43,638 bases of DNA from Flavobacteriales bacterium (GCA_027031025.1 JALVEJ010000033.1:1-43638); one strand, 5' to 3'; positions 9,299-18,647 are shown, counted from the first letter of the stretch. Translations and numbers: made by a program. Notes: generated from the sequence alone by a model not told the origin.

Positions 9299-10186
9299 AT
9301 GCTCATAGACCGGTTTCTTACTTATTTGCAAAAAGAAAAAAACTATTCGGCTTTAACGCTCAAAGCTTACAGGAAAGATTTATCTGATTTTGAAGTGTTT
9401 TTAACCGACCTTAATAGTCATTTTAAAAAAGCAACTCCTAAGGAAATCCGCTTGTGGATAGCACATTTATCCGAACGTAATTTGTCGGAAAAGACCATAA
9501 ATCGCAAAGTAGCCGCTTTAAAAAGTTTCTATAAATTTCTTCAAAAAACCCATACTATTCAACAAAATCCGGCAACCCAATTAAGCGGATTGAAAGTGCA
9601 TCGTAAAGTTCCTGTGCCGTTTTCAACCGGCGAAATGCAAGAATTGTTGGATAGTGATATTTTTAACGACGATTTTGAAGGTTTACGGGATTATGCCGTC
9701 ATTAATTTGCTCTATAGCACCGGTATCAGACGGGCAGAATTGATTAATATCAAACCGGTAGATGTCGATTTTCATAAAAAAACCTTAAAAGTAACCGGTA
9801 AGCGTAATAAGCAACGGATCATTCCGTTATTATTAAACACGATAGAAGCGTTAAAAGCATACACGGCAGCAAAAGAAGAATTTTTTGCGGATAAACCGGT
9901 TGAGCATTATCTGTTTCTGACCAAAAAAGGTAAAAAAATGTATGATGTTCTTGTCTATCGCATTATAAATTCGTATCTTAGTAGAGTGAGTGTCAAGCAC
10001 AAAAAAAGTCCGCATATGTTACGTCATACTTTTGCCACGCATTTGCTCAACAACGGCGCAGACCTCAATTCTATCAAAGAATTGTTGGGACACAGTAGCT
10101 TGGCAGCCACACAAGTTTACACGCATAGTAGCATTCAAAAATTAAAACGTATTTATCAAAATACGCATCCGAGAAGTAAAAAATAA
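9299..10186 (+). CDS. tyrosine recombinase, XerC/XerD family
   Basis: SAM-like N-domain (LIDRFLTYLQKEKNYSALTLKAYRKDL) and catalytic RHTFATHLL...LGHSSLAATQVYTH. I prefer the start at the internal ATG at 9299, because 9212..9298 overlaps the rpsU terminator. Confidence 0.85.
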   Translation: MLIDRFLTYLQKEKNYSALTLKAYRKDLSDFEVFLTDLNSHFKKATPKEIRLWIAHLSERNLSEKTINRKVAALKSFYKFLQKTHTIQQNPATQLSGLKVHRKVPVPFSTGEMQELLDSDIFNDDFEGLRDYAVINLLYSTGIRRAELINIKPVDVDFHKKTLKVTGKRNKQRIIPLLLNTIEALKAYTAAKEEFFADKPVEHYLFLTKKGKKMYDVLVYRIINSYLSRVSVKHKKSPHMLRHTFATHLLNNGADLNSIKELLGHSSLAATQVYTHSSIQKLKRIYQNTHPRSKK

Positions 10187-10211
10187 CATATTAATTTAAA
10201 ATGTAGGACCT

Positions 10212-10505
10212 ATGAAAGCAATTTACCAAGCAACCAATTTTGACGCCGATCAAAAACTGATTAATTTTATTCAAAAAAAATTAGACCGGTTAGATAGTTT
10301 TTTTGATAGGGTGATTGAAGCGGAAGTGTTTTTAAAACTTAACAATACCGGTAAAACAAACAAAACCGTGGAAATAAAAATAGGAGTTCCCGGCAATGAT
10401 ATTGTCGTATCTCGCGATGCCGAAACTTTTGAAAAAGCCATGGATTTAGCTTATGATGTTTTAAAAAGGCAACTACGCAAACAAAAAGAAAAAGTAAAAC
10501 GTTAA
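10212..10505 (+). CDS. hpf: ribosome hibernation factor, HPF/RaiA family (short form)
   Basis: 97 aa. Family pattern seen: LINFIQKKLDRLDSFFDRVIEAEVFLK...AMDLAYDVLKRQLRK. Confidence 0.75.
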   Translation: MKAIYQATNFDADQKLINFIQKKLDRLDSFFDRVIEAEVFLKLNNTGKTNKTVEIKIGVPGNDIVVSRDAETFEKAMDLAYDVLKRQLRKQKEKVKR

Positions 10506-10523
10506 ACTTTGTTTGAGGTATAA

Positions 10524-10558
10524 TAAAAAAAGACTGCAATTTGTGCAGTCTTTTTTTT
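10524..10558. terminator. bidirectional intrinsic terminator
   Basis: A-run, then AGACTGCA-ATTTG-TGCAGTCT, then a T-run. It lies between convergent hpf (+) and the DUF3127 gene (-). Confidence 0.8.
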
Positions 10559-10574
10559 ATTTTAAACCAATTCA

Positions 10575-10952
10575 TTAAAAGGGCAAGTCGTCTGCGCCGT
10601 CATCGTTATTATCAAAATTATCTGCCGGTTCAAAACCGTCATCTACCGGTGGCGGCACGTTTTGCGGCGCTTCGGTATTGAGCTTGGTAATACGCCAACC
10701 TTGTATCGAATTAAAATATTTGGTTTCGCCTTGCGGACTAATCCACTCTCGACCCCGCAAATTGATGCTGACTTCTACTTCGTCACCGACTTTAAAATTG
10801 TCAAGTAATTCGGTTTTGTCTTGCACAAATTCAATATTGATAAACTGTGGATATTGCTCATCCGTTGTAACGACCATTTCTCTTTTTCTGAAACCGTTAG
10901 TCCCATAGGTTTTGGTTTCGGTAATCAATTTGATTTTTCCTTTTACTTCCAT
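10575..10952 (-). CDS. DUF3127-like OB-fold protein with an SSB-type acidic C-terminal tip
   Basis: 125 aa. The N-terminal ~90 aa resemble DUF3127 (MEVKGKIKLITETKTYGTNGFRKREMVVTTDEQYPQFINIEF). A Pro/Asp-rich linker follows, ending NNDDGADDLPF. Confidence 0.7.
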   Translation of the reverse strand: MEVKGKIKLITETKTYGTNGFRKREMVVTTDEQYPQFINIEFVQDKTELLDNFKVGDEVEVSINLRGREWISPQGETKYFNSIQGWRITKLNTEAPQNVPPPVDDGFEPADNFDNNDDGADDLPF

Positions 10953-10964
10953 AATTTATAATTG

Positions 10965-11867
10965 TTATTTAATGTACTTGTTGGGTAAGGGCTTGTGTGC
11001 AAACCCGCTATGATTTTTAAATTTTTTGGCGCCTTCAAAATAATTGTATGTTAGCACCAAAAACAGCAAATATAAAGCAGCCAAACTGCCAATAATTACA
11101 TCGTAATAGGCTTGTGAGGTTAAAGCAATTCTGATAAAAATGGTTGCCAAAATAAATGCTGAATACCGGTACATAGTGCGGTAATCCAAAGCATATCGTA
11201 TAGTGATTAATAAAACTAAAATGTCGCTAAAAATCAAGATGGTAAAAAACGTATGAAATGATGCTACATATATACTGTTGACAATCAGCTCGTTAAAATC
11301 TTTCAAGGCGATATATAAAAAAGCAGCTAATAACAATAAAGATATTCCCCGTTTAAACCGGACAAAATTGCGTTGTGCCCTGTCGGTACGGCAAATGATG
11401 ATGTGTCGTTGCTTCTTATACACAATACCGATGATGAAATAAATAAACAACGAAGAAGCTCCGTAGACAAACATGTGCTCGACGGGTTTGACCATTTCGT
11501 GCCAATCCAGCGAATGCACATTGGAAAACTCTTGAAACCCATGTCGCAAAAAGATTAAAGACAATAACTCAAATTGTTTGGTGACAGATTTTGCTACCGA
11601 TTTGGGCAGGACAAAAATCATTGAAATTATCTCTGTTAACAACAACATGGTAAAAGACACTTCAATGCTAAAAAAAGGATTGGCAAATGATTTTAACAAC
11701 CCGCGTTCCGGTAAAAAATGGTGGCGAATCAAGAAATACAATATCAAAGACATCAAAAAAATGAATACTAAAAAATTACTGATAATCCGGTGCATACGTT
11801 CGGTCTCCCAAACGTCTTTTATTTTGAGATAAATTTGTTCGCCGAAAATGAGAATTTTATCAATCAT
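10965..11867 (-). CDS. hypothetical multi-pass membrane protein
   Basis: 300-aa ORF with about 7-8 hydrophobic segments. No family recognised. Confidence 0.55.
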   Translation of the reverse strand: MIDKILIFGEQIYLKIKDVWETERMHRIISNFLVFIFLMSLILYFLIRHHFLPERGLLKSFANPFFSIEVSFTMLLLTEIISMIFVLPKSVAKSVTKQFELLSLIFLRHGFQEFSNVHSLDWHEMVKPVEHMFVYGASSLFIYFIIGIVYKKQRHIIICRTDRAQRNFVRFKRGISLLLLAAFLYIALKDFNELIVNSIYVASFHTFFTILIFSDILVLLITIRYALDYRTMYRYSAFILATIFIRIALTSQAYYDVIIGSLAALYLLFLVLTYNYFEGAKKFKNHSGFAHKPLPNKYIK

Positions 11868-11973
11868 AACATGCTTTCTAAATGCAAAGATAATTTAAAA
11901 AAACCTATGATATAACACAAAGAAACCGATATATCCAAACAAATGCGTATTTTTATAAAATTTTAAACAATTT

Positions 11974-12327
11974 ATGTATTTGGATACAATCAGACAATAT
12001 TGTTTGGACAAACCGGCAACAACCGAAAGCTTGCCCTTTGACGAGCATACTTTGGTTTTTAAAGTTGGCAGTAAAATGTTTGCTTTGGTGAGTTTAAATA
12101 CCGAACCGCTAAGAATCAACCTAAAATGCGACCCTGAACGCGCCGTGATTTTACGAGAACGATATCCACAAATAATGCCGGGCTATCACATGAATAAAAA
12201 ACACTGGAATACCATTGTTGTAGACGGTATATTATCGCCTTTGTTTATCAATGAACTCATAGACCATTCGTATCACTTGGTCGTAAAATCTTTAACCCGG
12301 AAAGAACGCCAAAAACTCGGTTTATAA
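11974..12327 (+). CDS. MmcQ/YjbR family DNA-binding protein
   Basis: 117 aa. Pattern seen: RQYCLDKPATTESLPFDEHTLVFKVGSKMFALV...MNKKHWNTIVVDG. Confidence 0.75.
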   Translation: MYLDTIRQYCLDKPATTESLPFDEHTLVFKVGSKMFALVSLNTEPLRINLKCDPERAVILRERYPQIMPGYHMNKKHWNTIVVDGILSPLFINELIDHSYHLVVKSLTRKERQKLGL

Positions 12328-12656
12328 AAAATACCATATATAGTAGATCTTATCAAATTTTACTTCGCACATTTTCACAATTAAACCGTTGATTTACAAT
12401 ATTTTGCAATTTTTTACAGGCACTACAATTTAGATTATTCGGTGTGACTTCATAATAAAAACCTCATGTTTTGTTTACTTCTTCGTAAATTCTCATTAAT
12501 GATATAAATGTATGCGTAAGCTTAATAAGCAACATATATTCTGTTATAATTTTAGTAAAATAAAAAAAACACCGCGCTAAAAATACAAATTAGCCAATTT
12601 TTAATAGCTAATAACAACAAAAATTATAAAATTGTTTCATAATACATTAATTTATC

Positions 12657-12664
12657 TATTTTTG
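12657..12664 (+). promoter_or_regulatory. -7 promoter box TATTTTTG upstream of the pyrophosphatase gene
   Basis: Matches TAnnTTTG, 28 nt upstream of the ATG at 12692. Confidence 0.4.
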
Positions 12665-12691
12665 CAAAATAATTAAAAAAACGAACTAAAA

Positions 12692-14848
12692 ATGACTCAA
12701 AACATTATTTATGTAGTCTTGGCGATTGGAATTATCGCCTTATTATTTACGTATTGGCGCTCAGTATGGGTAGCCAAACAAGAAGTTGGGACTGATAGAA
12801 TGGCAAGTATAGCCCAACATATCCGTAAAGGCGCCATGGCTTTTCTGATGGCCGAATATAAAGTTTTATGGATATTCGTAGCCATTGTCTTCGCACTTTT
12901 GGCTTTTTCTGCCGACTCTAAGGAATCATCTTGGTTGGTCGGTGTTTCTTTTATTATGGGGGCTTTGAGTTCCGCTTTGGCAGGATTTATCGGGATGCGC
13001 GTAGCTACCAATGCCAATGTCAGAACCACCAATGCCGCCCGAACCAGCTTAGGCAAAGCTCTAGAAGTGGCTTTTACCGGTGGAAGTGTTATGGGAATGG
13101 CAGTTGTCGGACTAGGGGTGACCGGATTGACACTTTTATTCTTGATTTATTCAAATTTGGATTGGGATATTCATAAAGTTATTACCGTGATAACCGGATT
13201 TTCATTCGGAGCATCTTCTATTGCTTTATTTGCCCGTGTCGGTGGCGGTATTTATACCAAAGCTGCTGACGTTGGTGCCGACTTGGTAGGAAAAGTAGAA
13301 GCCGGTATTCCCGAAGACCATCCCTTAAACCCTGCTACTATTGCCGATAACGTCGGCGACAACGTTGGTGATGTTGCCGGTATGGGCGCCGACTTATTCG
13401 AATCTTATGTCGGTTCCATTATCTCGGCTATGGTTTTAGGGGCGGTATTTATCGGCACAGGTGGTTTTACGGGGGACAACAGTCTCAATGCTGTTTTATT
13501 ACCTTTGATTTTAGCTGCTACCGGAATTATCACTTCTATTATTGGCTCTTTCTTTGTTAAAGTCAAAGACGGTGGCAGTCCGCATAAAGCTTTAAATACC
13601 GGTGAAATCATTGCTGCAATTTTAATGATTATTGCTACTTATTTTATCGTGATGAACTATCTGCCTGAATCTTGGCAAGTAGGTGACAAAACATATACCG
13701 CTATGGGTGTATTTATTGCTATTGTTTTGGGTTTATTATCCGGTGTAGCTATTGGTATGATTACCGAATACTATACGGGAACCGGTAAAAAACCGGTATT
13801 GAAAATCGTAAAACAATCCACTACCGGACCGGCAACTAACATTATTTCAGGTTTGGCAGTCGGTATGCAATCTACTTTATGGCCGATTATCTTTATCGTA
13901 ATTGCCATTATCGGCGCTTATCATTATGCCGGTTTATATGGTATTGCTATTGCCGCTATCGGTATGTTATCAAACTTGGGTATTCAATTAGCAGTTGATG
14001 CTTACGGACCTATCGCTGACAACGCAGGTGGTATTGCCGAGATGGCTAATTTACCCAAAGAAGTACGTGAAAGAACCGACAAACTTGACGCCGTTGGTAA
14101 TACAACTGCCGCTATCGGTAAAGGTTTTGCCATCGGTTCAGCCGCTTTGACTGCCTTGGCACTTTTCTCTGCTTTTATGCACACAGCCGGTATCGATGTA
14201 ATTGATATTTCTAACCCGAAAGTAATGGGTGGTTTATTGCTTGGTGGCATGTTACCGTTCTTGTTTTCTTCTATGGCTATGGATGCTGTTGGACGCGCCG
14301 CAGAAGATATGATTGATGAAGTACGTCGTCAATTCCATAACATTCCCGAATTGAAAAATGCGCTTCAAGTAATGCGTAAAAACGAAGGTAAAGATGAAGA
14401 TAAGTGGTCTGCCGAAGATAAAGCTGTTTTTGATAAAGCTGATGGAAAAGCCGAATATGAAAAATGTGTAGCTATTTCAACCAAAGCCTCTATTCGTGAG
14501 ATGTTAATGCCCGGTTTGATAGCCGTGTTAACGCCGGCTATTGTCGGTTTCTTAGGCGGTGCTGAAATGCTCGGTGGTTTGCTTGCCGGTGTAACCGTTA
14601 CCGGAGTGATGATGGCTATCTTCCAATCCAATGCCGGTGGCGCATGGGATAATGCCAAAAAAATGGTGGAAGAAGGCATCGAAATTAAAGGTAAAAAATA
14701 CGGCAAAGGCAGTGAAGTACACGCCGCAGCCGTAACCGGTGATACTGTTGGCGATCCGTTTAAAGACACTTCCGGTCCTTCCTTAAATATCTTGATTAAA
14801 TTAATGTCAGTCGTAGCGCTGATTTTAGCACCGCTATTGGCAAAGTAA
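12692..14848 (+). CDS. hppA: membrane-bound ion-translocating pyrophosphatase
   Basis: 718 aa. Motifs seen: [84 protein letters not shown]. From memory, GNTTAA rather than GNTTKA marks the K+-dependent subfamily. Confidence 0.92.
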   Translation: MTQNIIYVVLAIGIIALLFTYWRSVWVAKQEVGTDRMASIAQHIRKGAMAFLMAEYKVLWIFVAIVFALLAFSADSKESSWLVGVSFIMGALSSALAGFIGMRVATNANVRTTNAARTSLGKALEVAFTGGSVMGMAVVGLGVTGLTLLFLIYSNLDWDIHKVITVITGFSFGASSIALFARVGGGIYTKAADVGADLVGKVEAGIPEDHPLNPATIADNVGDNVGDVAGMGADLFESYVGSIISAMVLGAVFIGTGGFTGDNSLNAVLLPLILAATGIITSIIGSFFVKVKDGGSPHKALNTGEIIAAILMIIATYFIVMNYLPESWQVGDKTYTAMGVFIAIVLGLLSGVAIGMITEYYTGTGKKPVLKIVKQSTTGPATNIISGLAVGMQSTLWPIIFIVIAIIGAYHYAGLYGIAIAAIGMLSNLGIQLAVDAYGPIADNAGGIAEMANLPKEVRERTDKLDAVGNTTAAIGKGFAIGSAALTALALFSAFMHTAGIDVIDISNPKVMGGLLLGGMLPFLFSSMAMDAVGRAAEDMIDEVRRQFHNIPELKNALQVMRKNEGKDEDKWSAEDKAVFDKADGKAEYEKCVAISTKASIREMLMPGLIAVLTPAIVGFLGGAEMLGGLLAGVTVTGVMMAIFQSNAGGAWDNAKKMVEEGIEIKGKKYGKGSEVHAAAVTGDTVGDPFKDTSGPSLNILIKLMSVVALILAPLLAK

Positions 14849-14870
14849 TTTAATTTGACACAAATATTTT

Positions 14871-14906
14871 ATAAGGCGTTCAAAATGAACGCCTTATTTA
14901 TTTTTT
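14871..14906 (+). terminator. hppA intrinsic terminator
   Basis: ATAAGGCGTTC-AAAAT-GAACGCCTTAT followed by TTATTTTTT. Confidence 0.75.
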
Positions 14907-14939
14907 AGACCTGATAGGTTTTGAAAACCTGTCAGGTCT
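14907..14939. repeat. palindromic element AGACCTGATAGGTTTT-G-AAAACCTGTCAGGTCT (related to 1393..1423)
   Basis: 16-bp arms with one G-U-compatible mismatch. The AGGTTTTnAAAACCT core is shared with 1393..1423. Confidence 0.6.
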
Positions 14940-14966
14940 TTGATCGGATTTTTCTTTTAACACTAC

Positions 14967-15290
14967 CTACAAAGCAATTTTTAAACGGTTGTTTTCTAAA
15001 ATAACACTAAAATTGATTTCAGCTTTGAGCGCTTTAAATATTTTAATTATTGTATCAATTCTGGCACTATTGGCGTTGTTTTCTATTTTTGAAATTTGAG
15101 ATTTATTTATACCAATCATTTTACCCAATTTTTCTTGGGTTAATTTTCTTTCTTTTCTGGCGGTTCTTATCATTTGTCCCAAAAGCTCCATTTTTAGTTC
15201 GTATTCATATTCATCTCTTTCTTTGGTCTCTTTTTTTCCTATGTATTTATCTTCCATTTCAGATAAAGTGTATGTTTTCATCTTTGCCAT
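14967..15290 (-). CDS. XRE-family helix-turn-helix regulator (HigA-like antitoxin architecture, no adjacent toxin gene)
   Basis: 107 aa. HTH: LTQEKLGKMIGINKSQISKIENN. The N-terminal extension TLSEMEDKYIGKKETKERDEYEYEL is typical of Bacteroidota HigA-like proteins. Confidence 0.8.
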   Translation of the reverse strand: MAKMKTYTLSEMEDKYIGKKETKERDEYEYELKMELLGQMIRTARKERKLTQEKLGKMIGINKSQISKIENNANSARIDTIIKIFKALKAEINFSVILENNRLKIAL

Positions 15291-15310
15291 AATAATTAAA
15301 GTTTAAAATA

Positions 15311-15428
15311 GTTTCAAAATATTGCAAAACATTAATTTTTGACAAAGATACATAAAAAGTTTCAAAATTTTGAAACTTTTTATAGTTAAACCTATTCTGT
15401 CTCCAAATATCCGTATCTTTGTCAAAAA
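15311..15428. promoter_or_regulatory. divergent promoter/operator region
   Basis: Perfect 16-bp inverted repeat TTTTTGACAAAGATAC (15336..15351) / GTATCTTTGTCAAAAA (15413..15428), each arm carrying a TATCTTTG -7 box facing outward. There is a perfect 28-bp palindrome AAAAAGTTTCAAAATTTTGAAACTTTTT at 15354..15381. A further GTTTCAAAA half-site sits in an imperfect palindrome at 15311..15330. Confidence 0.6.
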
Positions 15429-15437
15429 ATTAAATCA

Positions 15438-15533
15438 ATGAAAAGTCAAGATGCTGTTTTATATATTATGGGAATGATTATGATTGTGATGATTTTAATG
15501 TTTTTGTTGCAACTTTATACCTCGGGAAAGTAA
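15438..15533 (+). CDS. candidate 31-aa hydrophobic small protein
   Basis: ATG lies 17 nt after the + strand -7 box. The product is MKSQDAVLYIMGMIMIVMILMFLLQLYTSGK, a single predicted TM helix. It is below the ORF-track cutoff and I could not assess conservation. Confidence 0.3.
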   Translation: MKSQDAVLYIMGMIMIVMILMFLLQLYTSGK

Positions 15534-15586
15534 TTTAGTTGAAAGAGGAAAGCGAAAAAGTGCCAAGTACGAATGAATTGAGAATT

Positions 15587-15636
15587 GACACTTCGATACA
15601 TTCTTTGCTCCTACGTCGCAAAGAACACTCAGTGTC
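15587..15636 (-). repeat. hairpin-module repeat
   Basis: The reverse complement reads GACAC-TGAGTG-TTCTTTGC-GACGTAGGA-GCAAAGAA-TGTATCGAA-GTGTC. Both helices are perfect. Confidence 0.7.
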
Positions 15637-15832
15637 CTTTCCTCAATACCTCAAAATATTATGCAGGAACTTAGTATGAAATAATGAGTCGTCATCATAC
15701 AACAAAATTTTCTATGAAGTACATCAAATCCTCAATACCTCAAATTAAAAAGCAGTATTAAAGTATGAAGCAATAGGCAGTCATCAAAGAACAAAATATT
15801 CTATGAAGCACAATAAATCCTCAATTCCTCAT
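15637..15832 (-). repeat. tandem array of ~89-bp units (reverse orientation of the TTTGAGGAA family)
   Basis: TCCTCAAT recurs at 15640, 15729 and 15818 (period 89). TTCTATGAAG(T/C)ACA..AAATCCTCAAT(A/T)CCTCA occurs at 15712 and 15799. Confidence 0.7.
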
Positions 15833-18211
15833 AAAAAACTTACTTGTTACCATTGCGGATTGGAAATGTCTGAAAGCGAGACCGTATGGTTTGACGATAA
15901 GCCATTTTGTTGCAACGGCTGTAAAACGGTGTATGAAATACTGAACCAAAATCAACTTTCACAATACTATACTATTAATAAGAACCCGGGGATTAAAACC
16001 GATGAAATTGACAAAAGTATTAAGCAAAAGTATGCCTATTTAGACAATCCGGGCATCGAGAAAAAGTTGTTAGAATTTGATGACGGCAATACCAAAATCG
16101 TTAATTTTTACATTCCTAATATACATTGTAGTTCTTGTATCTGGGTTTTAGAACACCTAGACAAACTCAATTCTGCCGTAAAACATTCCGAAGTTAATTT
16201 CCCGACTAAAAACGTGCGAATTACTTATGACGGCAGTCAAATAAGCTTGCGTCAAATAGTAGAAATTCTGGCTTCGATTGCCTATCCGCCTTTGATTAGT
16301 TTGGAAGACCTAAATAAAGACAAAAAACAATCGCATAAAAAACTGCTTTATCAGTTAGCCATAGCCGGCTTTGCTTTTGGCAATATCATGTTGATGTCTT
16401 TACCGGAATATATTCAAACTGAAGGCTTTTGGATTGAAAAGTTTGCTCCTTTATTTCGTTGGTTGTCTTTAGGGCTTGCCATTCCAGTAGTATTTTATTC
16501 GGCAAGAGATTATTTTGAAAGTGCCATTAAGGGACTGCGACAAAAAATTGTCAATGTCGATATTTTAATTGCTCTGGGTATAACCGTTTTGTTTTTGCGT
16601 AGCAGTTATGAAGTTTTGACAGGAACCGGACAAGGATATTTCGACAGCTTGACCGGCTTGGTGTTTTTCTTATTGTTGGGCAAATATTTTCAACGAATTA
16701 CTTATGATTATTTGTCTTTTGAACGCGATTACAAATCGTATTTTCCTATTGCCGTAACCAAAATAGCCGACGGTAAAGAAAAAATCATCGAAATTAAAGA
16801 TTTAAAACCCGGCGACCGCTTTATTATTCGCAACGAAGAAATTATTCCCGTAGATGGTATTTTGATGAAAAATCCGGCATTGATAGACTACAGTTTTGTA
16901 ACCGGAGAATCTTTGCCGGTTGAAAAACAAGTAGGTGACCAATTATTAGCCGGAGGTAAACAAATAGGCGGTTATATAGAAGTGGAAGCCATTAACGATG
17001 TGGATAACAGCTACTTAACCAAATTGTGGAGTCGAGAAGCTTTTCAAAATCCGACTGCCGGAAATATTAAAAATTTGACCGACCAAATCAGTCAATATTT
17101 TACCTATATTATTTTAAGCATTGCCTTATTTGCCGGACTCTATTGGTGGATTACCTCCGGTTTTGGTACGGCTATTTGGGTTATAACCGCCGTATTAATT
17201 GTAGCTTGTCCGTGTGCATTGGCTCTGTCAGCGCCTTTTGCTTTCGGTAATATTTTACGGCAATTCGGCTACCGCAATTTTTATTTAAAGAACGCCCAAG
17301 TAATTGAACGTCTGTCTAAAATAGACAGTATTGTTTTTGATAAAACAGGCACATTGACTTTACAAGAAAAGTATCAAGTCCATTATGAAGGACAAAATTT
17401 GACACCGGAACAAAAATCGGTGCTTAAAACTATGGTTAAGGCTTCTAATCACCCTTTGAGCCGTTTAATTTATGATTTTTTTAAAGAAGCGCCACTTATC
17501 GAATTAGATAACGTAGAAGAAATAACCGGACAGGGCGTTGTCGCTCAAAAGGACGATAAATCCTATAAAATAGGTTCGGCATCATTTACCGGCGCATCTA
17601 CCACCGGACAAGGCACGCGAGTTTGGGTGGCTGTCAATGATCAGATAATCGGGAAATTTGTGTTTGAAGCACATTACCGCAAAGGCTTACAAAAGCTGTT
17701 TGATAGATTGCAACAAGGCTATAAACTGTATATTTTGTCAGGAGATAATGATGCCGAAAAACCGGTTTTGCAAAAATTGTTACCTGACGGCACAAGCTTT
17801 CGATTTAACCAATCGGTGCATGATAAAATGGATTTTGTTCAAAACTTGCAACAACAAGGCAAAAATGTGATGATGATTGGCGACGGACTCAATGATGCCG
17901 GTGCGCTGCAACAAGCCGATGTCGGCATTGCTATATCGGAAAACACCAATGTGTTTACCCCATCATCCGATGGTATTTTAAAAGCCGATAAACTTTTGCG
18001 ATTGCCTGATTTTCTACAAGTTGCCATACAAACCAAACGCATTATTTATCTTAGTTTTATCATTGCCTTTTTTTACAACATTATCGGTTTGGGCTTTGCG
18101 GTAACCAATCATTTAACCCCTATAGTTGCTGCTATATTGATGCCCATCAGTTCTATTTCCATTGTTATTTTCGTAACGGTTTTGACCAATTGGATTGTTC
18201 GTAAATTGTAA
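15803..18211 (+). CDS. heavy-metal (copper) translocating P-type ATPase, CcoI/FixI-like
   Basis: 802 aa. N-terminal CYHCG...FCCNGCKTVYEIL metal-binding domain and an HMA-like HCSSC. Also CPC (VACPCALAL), DKTGTLT and GDGLNDAGAL. Confidence 0.9.
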   Translation: MKHNKSSIPHKKLTCYHCGLEMSESETVWFDDKPFCCNGCKTVYEILNQNQLSQYYTINKNPGIKTDEIDKSIKQKYAYLDNPGIEKKLLEFDDGNTKIVNFYIPNIHCSSCIWVLEHLDKLNSAVKHSEVNFPTKNVRITYDGSQISLRQIVEILASIAYPPLISLEDLNKDKKQSHKKLLYQLAIAGFAFGNIMLMSLPEYIQTEGFWIEKFAPLFRWLSLGLAIPVVFYSARDYFESAIKGLRQKIVNVDILIALGITVLFLRSSYEVLTGTGQGYFDSLTGLVFFLLLGKYFQRITYDYLSFERDYKSYFPIAVTKIADGKEKIIEIKDLKPGDRFIIRNEEIIPVDGILMKNPALIDYSFVTGESLPVEKQVGDQLLAGGKQIGGYIEVEAINDVDNSYLTKLWSREAFQNPTAGNIKNLTDQISQYFTYIILSIALFAGLYWWITSGFGTAIWVITAVLIVACPCALALSAPFAFGNILRQFGYRNFYLKNAQVIERLSKIDSIVFDKTGTLTLQEKYQVHYEGQNLTPEQKSVLKTMVKASNHPLSRLIYDFFKEAPLIELDNVEEITGQGVVAQKDDKSYKIGSASFTGASTTGQGTRVWVAVNDQIIGKFVFEAHYRKGLQKLFDRLQQGYKLYILSGDNDAEKPVLQKLLPDGTSFRFNQSVHDKMDFVQNLQQQGKNVMMIGDGLNDAGALQQADVGIAISENTNVFTPSSDGILKADKLLRLPDFLQVAIQTKRIIYLSFIIAFFYNIIGLGFAVTNHLTPIVAAILMPISSISIVIFVTVLTNWIVRKL

Positions 18212-18313
18212 TGAAATAAAACCAATTCCGACTTTATAATAAACCTTACATTATCAACTCAAAGATCCAAAAACAATAAAATTGTATTTAGAATGATTTG
18301 AAGCGTTTTTAAA

Positions 18314-18496
18314 TCTATATCGATTTTAGGCTCTATGTTGTTTGGTATGGGTAATAATAAATTAGGTTCAAAATCATATAATCATGGTGATTATCTTTTT
18401 AAATAATTTCATTCCTTCGGGGTTTATAAAATAAGCCGGACGACTGTCGGAGGACATTATTATTTGAGATATTATATATTCCAAAATCGATATAGA
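18314..18496. mobile_element. MITE-like unit bounded by 14-bp terminal inverted repeats, containing copy 2 (18329..18427) of the ~99-nt element
   Basis: TCTATATCGATTTT (18314..18327) and AAAATCGATATAGA (18483..18496) are perfect inverted repeats. No transposase and no obvious target-site duplication. Confidence 0.45.
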
Positions 18497-18647
18497 GTCT
18501 CGATTTAAGTGGATTCTTCCATACTAAATTAGATTACAGTTAAAAGAACATGGTGCATTTGGTAGATTTAATAAGTATTAATATTTTAAATTCATAAATT
18601 AGAAATTGATCTTCCAAATACACCAACATCACAGCGTTTCAAAAAGT

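Noticed and set aside
9299-10186. Tyrosine recombinase as a marker of an integrated mobile element
   Set aside because: It sits in the conserved rpsU - xerC/D - hpf housekeeping context. I saw no flanking direct repeats, no cargo genes and no compositional shift.
12709-14769. Antisense and alternative-frame ORFs within hppA (12709..13056, 14365..14769 and others)
   Set aside because: They lie inside a strongly supported 718-aa pyrophosphatase gene. Their Ala/Pro/Ser-rich translations are typical of the reverse frame of Gly/Ala-rich membrane proteins.
18551-18627. 17-bp imperfect inverted repeat (GGTGCATTTGGTAGAT / GATCTTCCAAATACACC) downstream of the ECF operon, as a terminator
   Set aside because: It has two mismatches and a ~45-nt A/T-rich loop with no U-tract. 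This is too weak to call a terminator or an element end.
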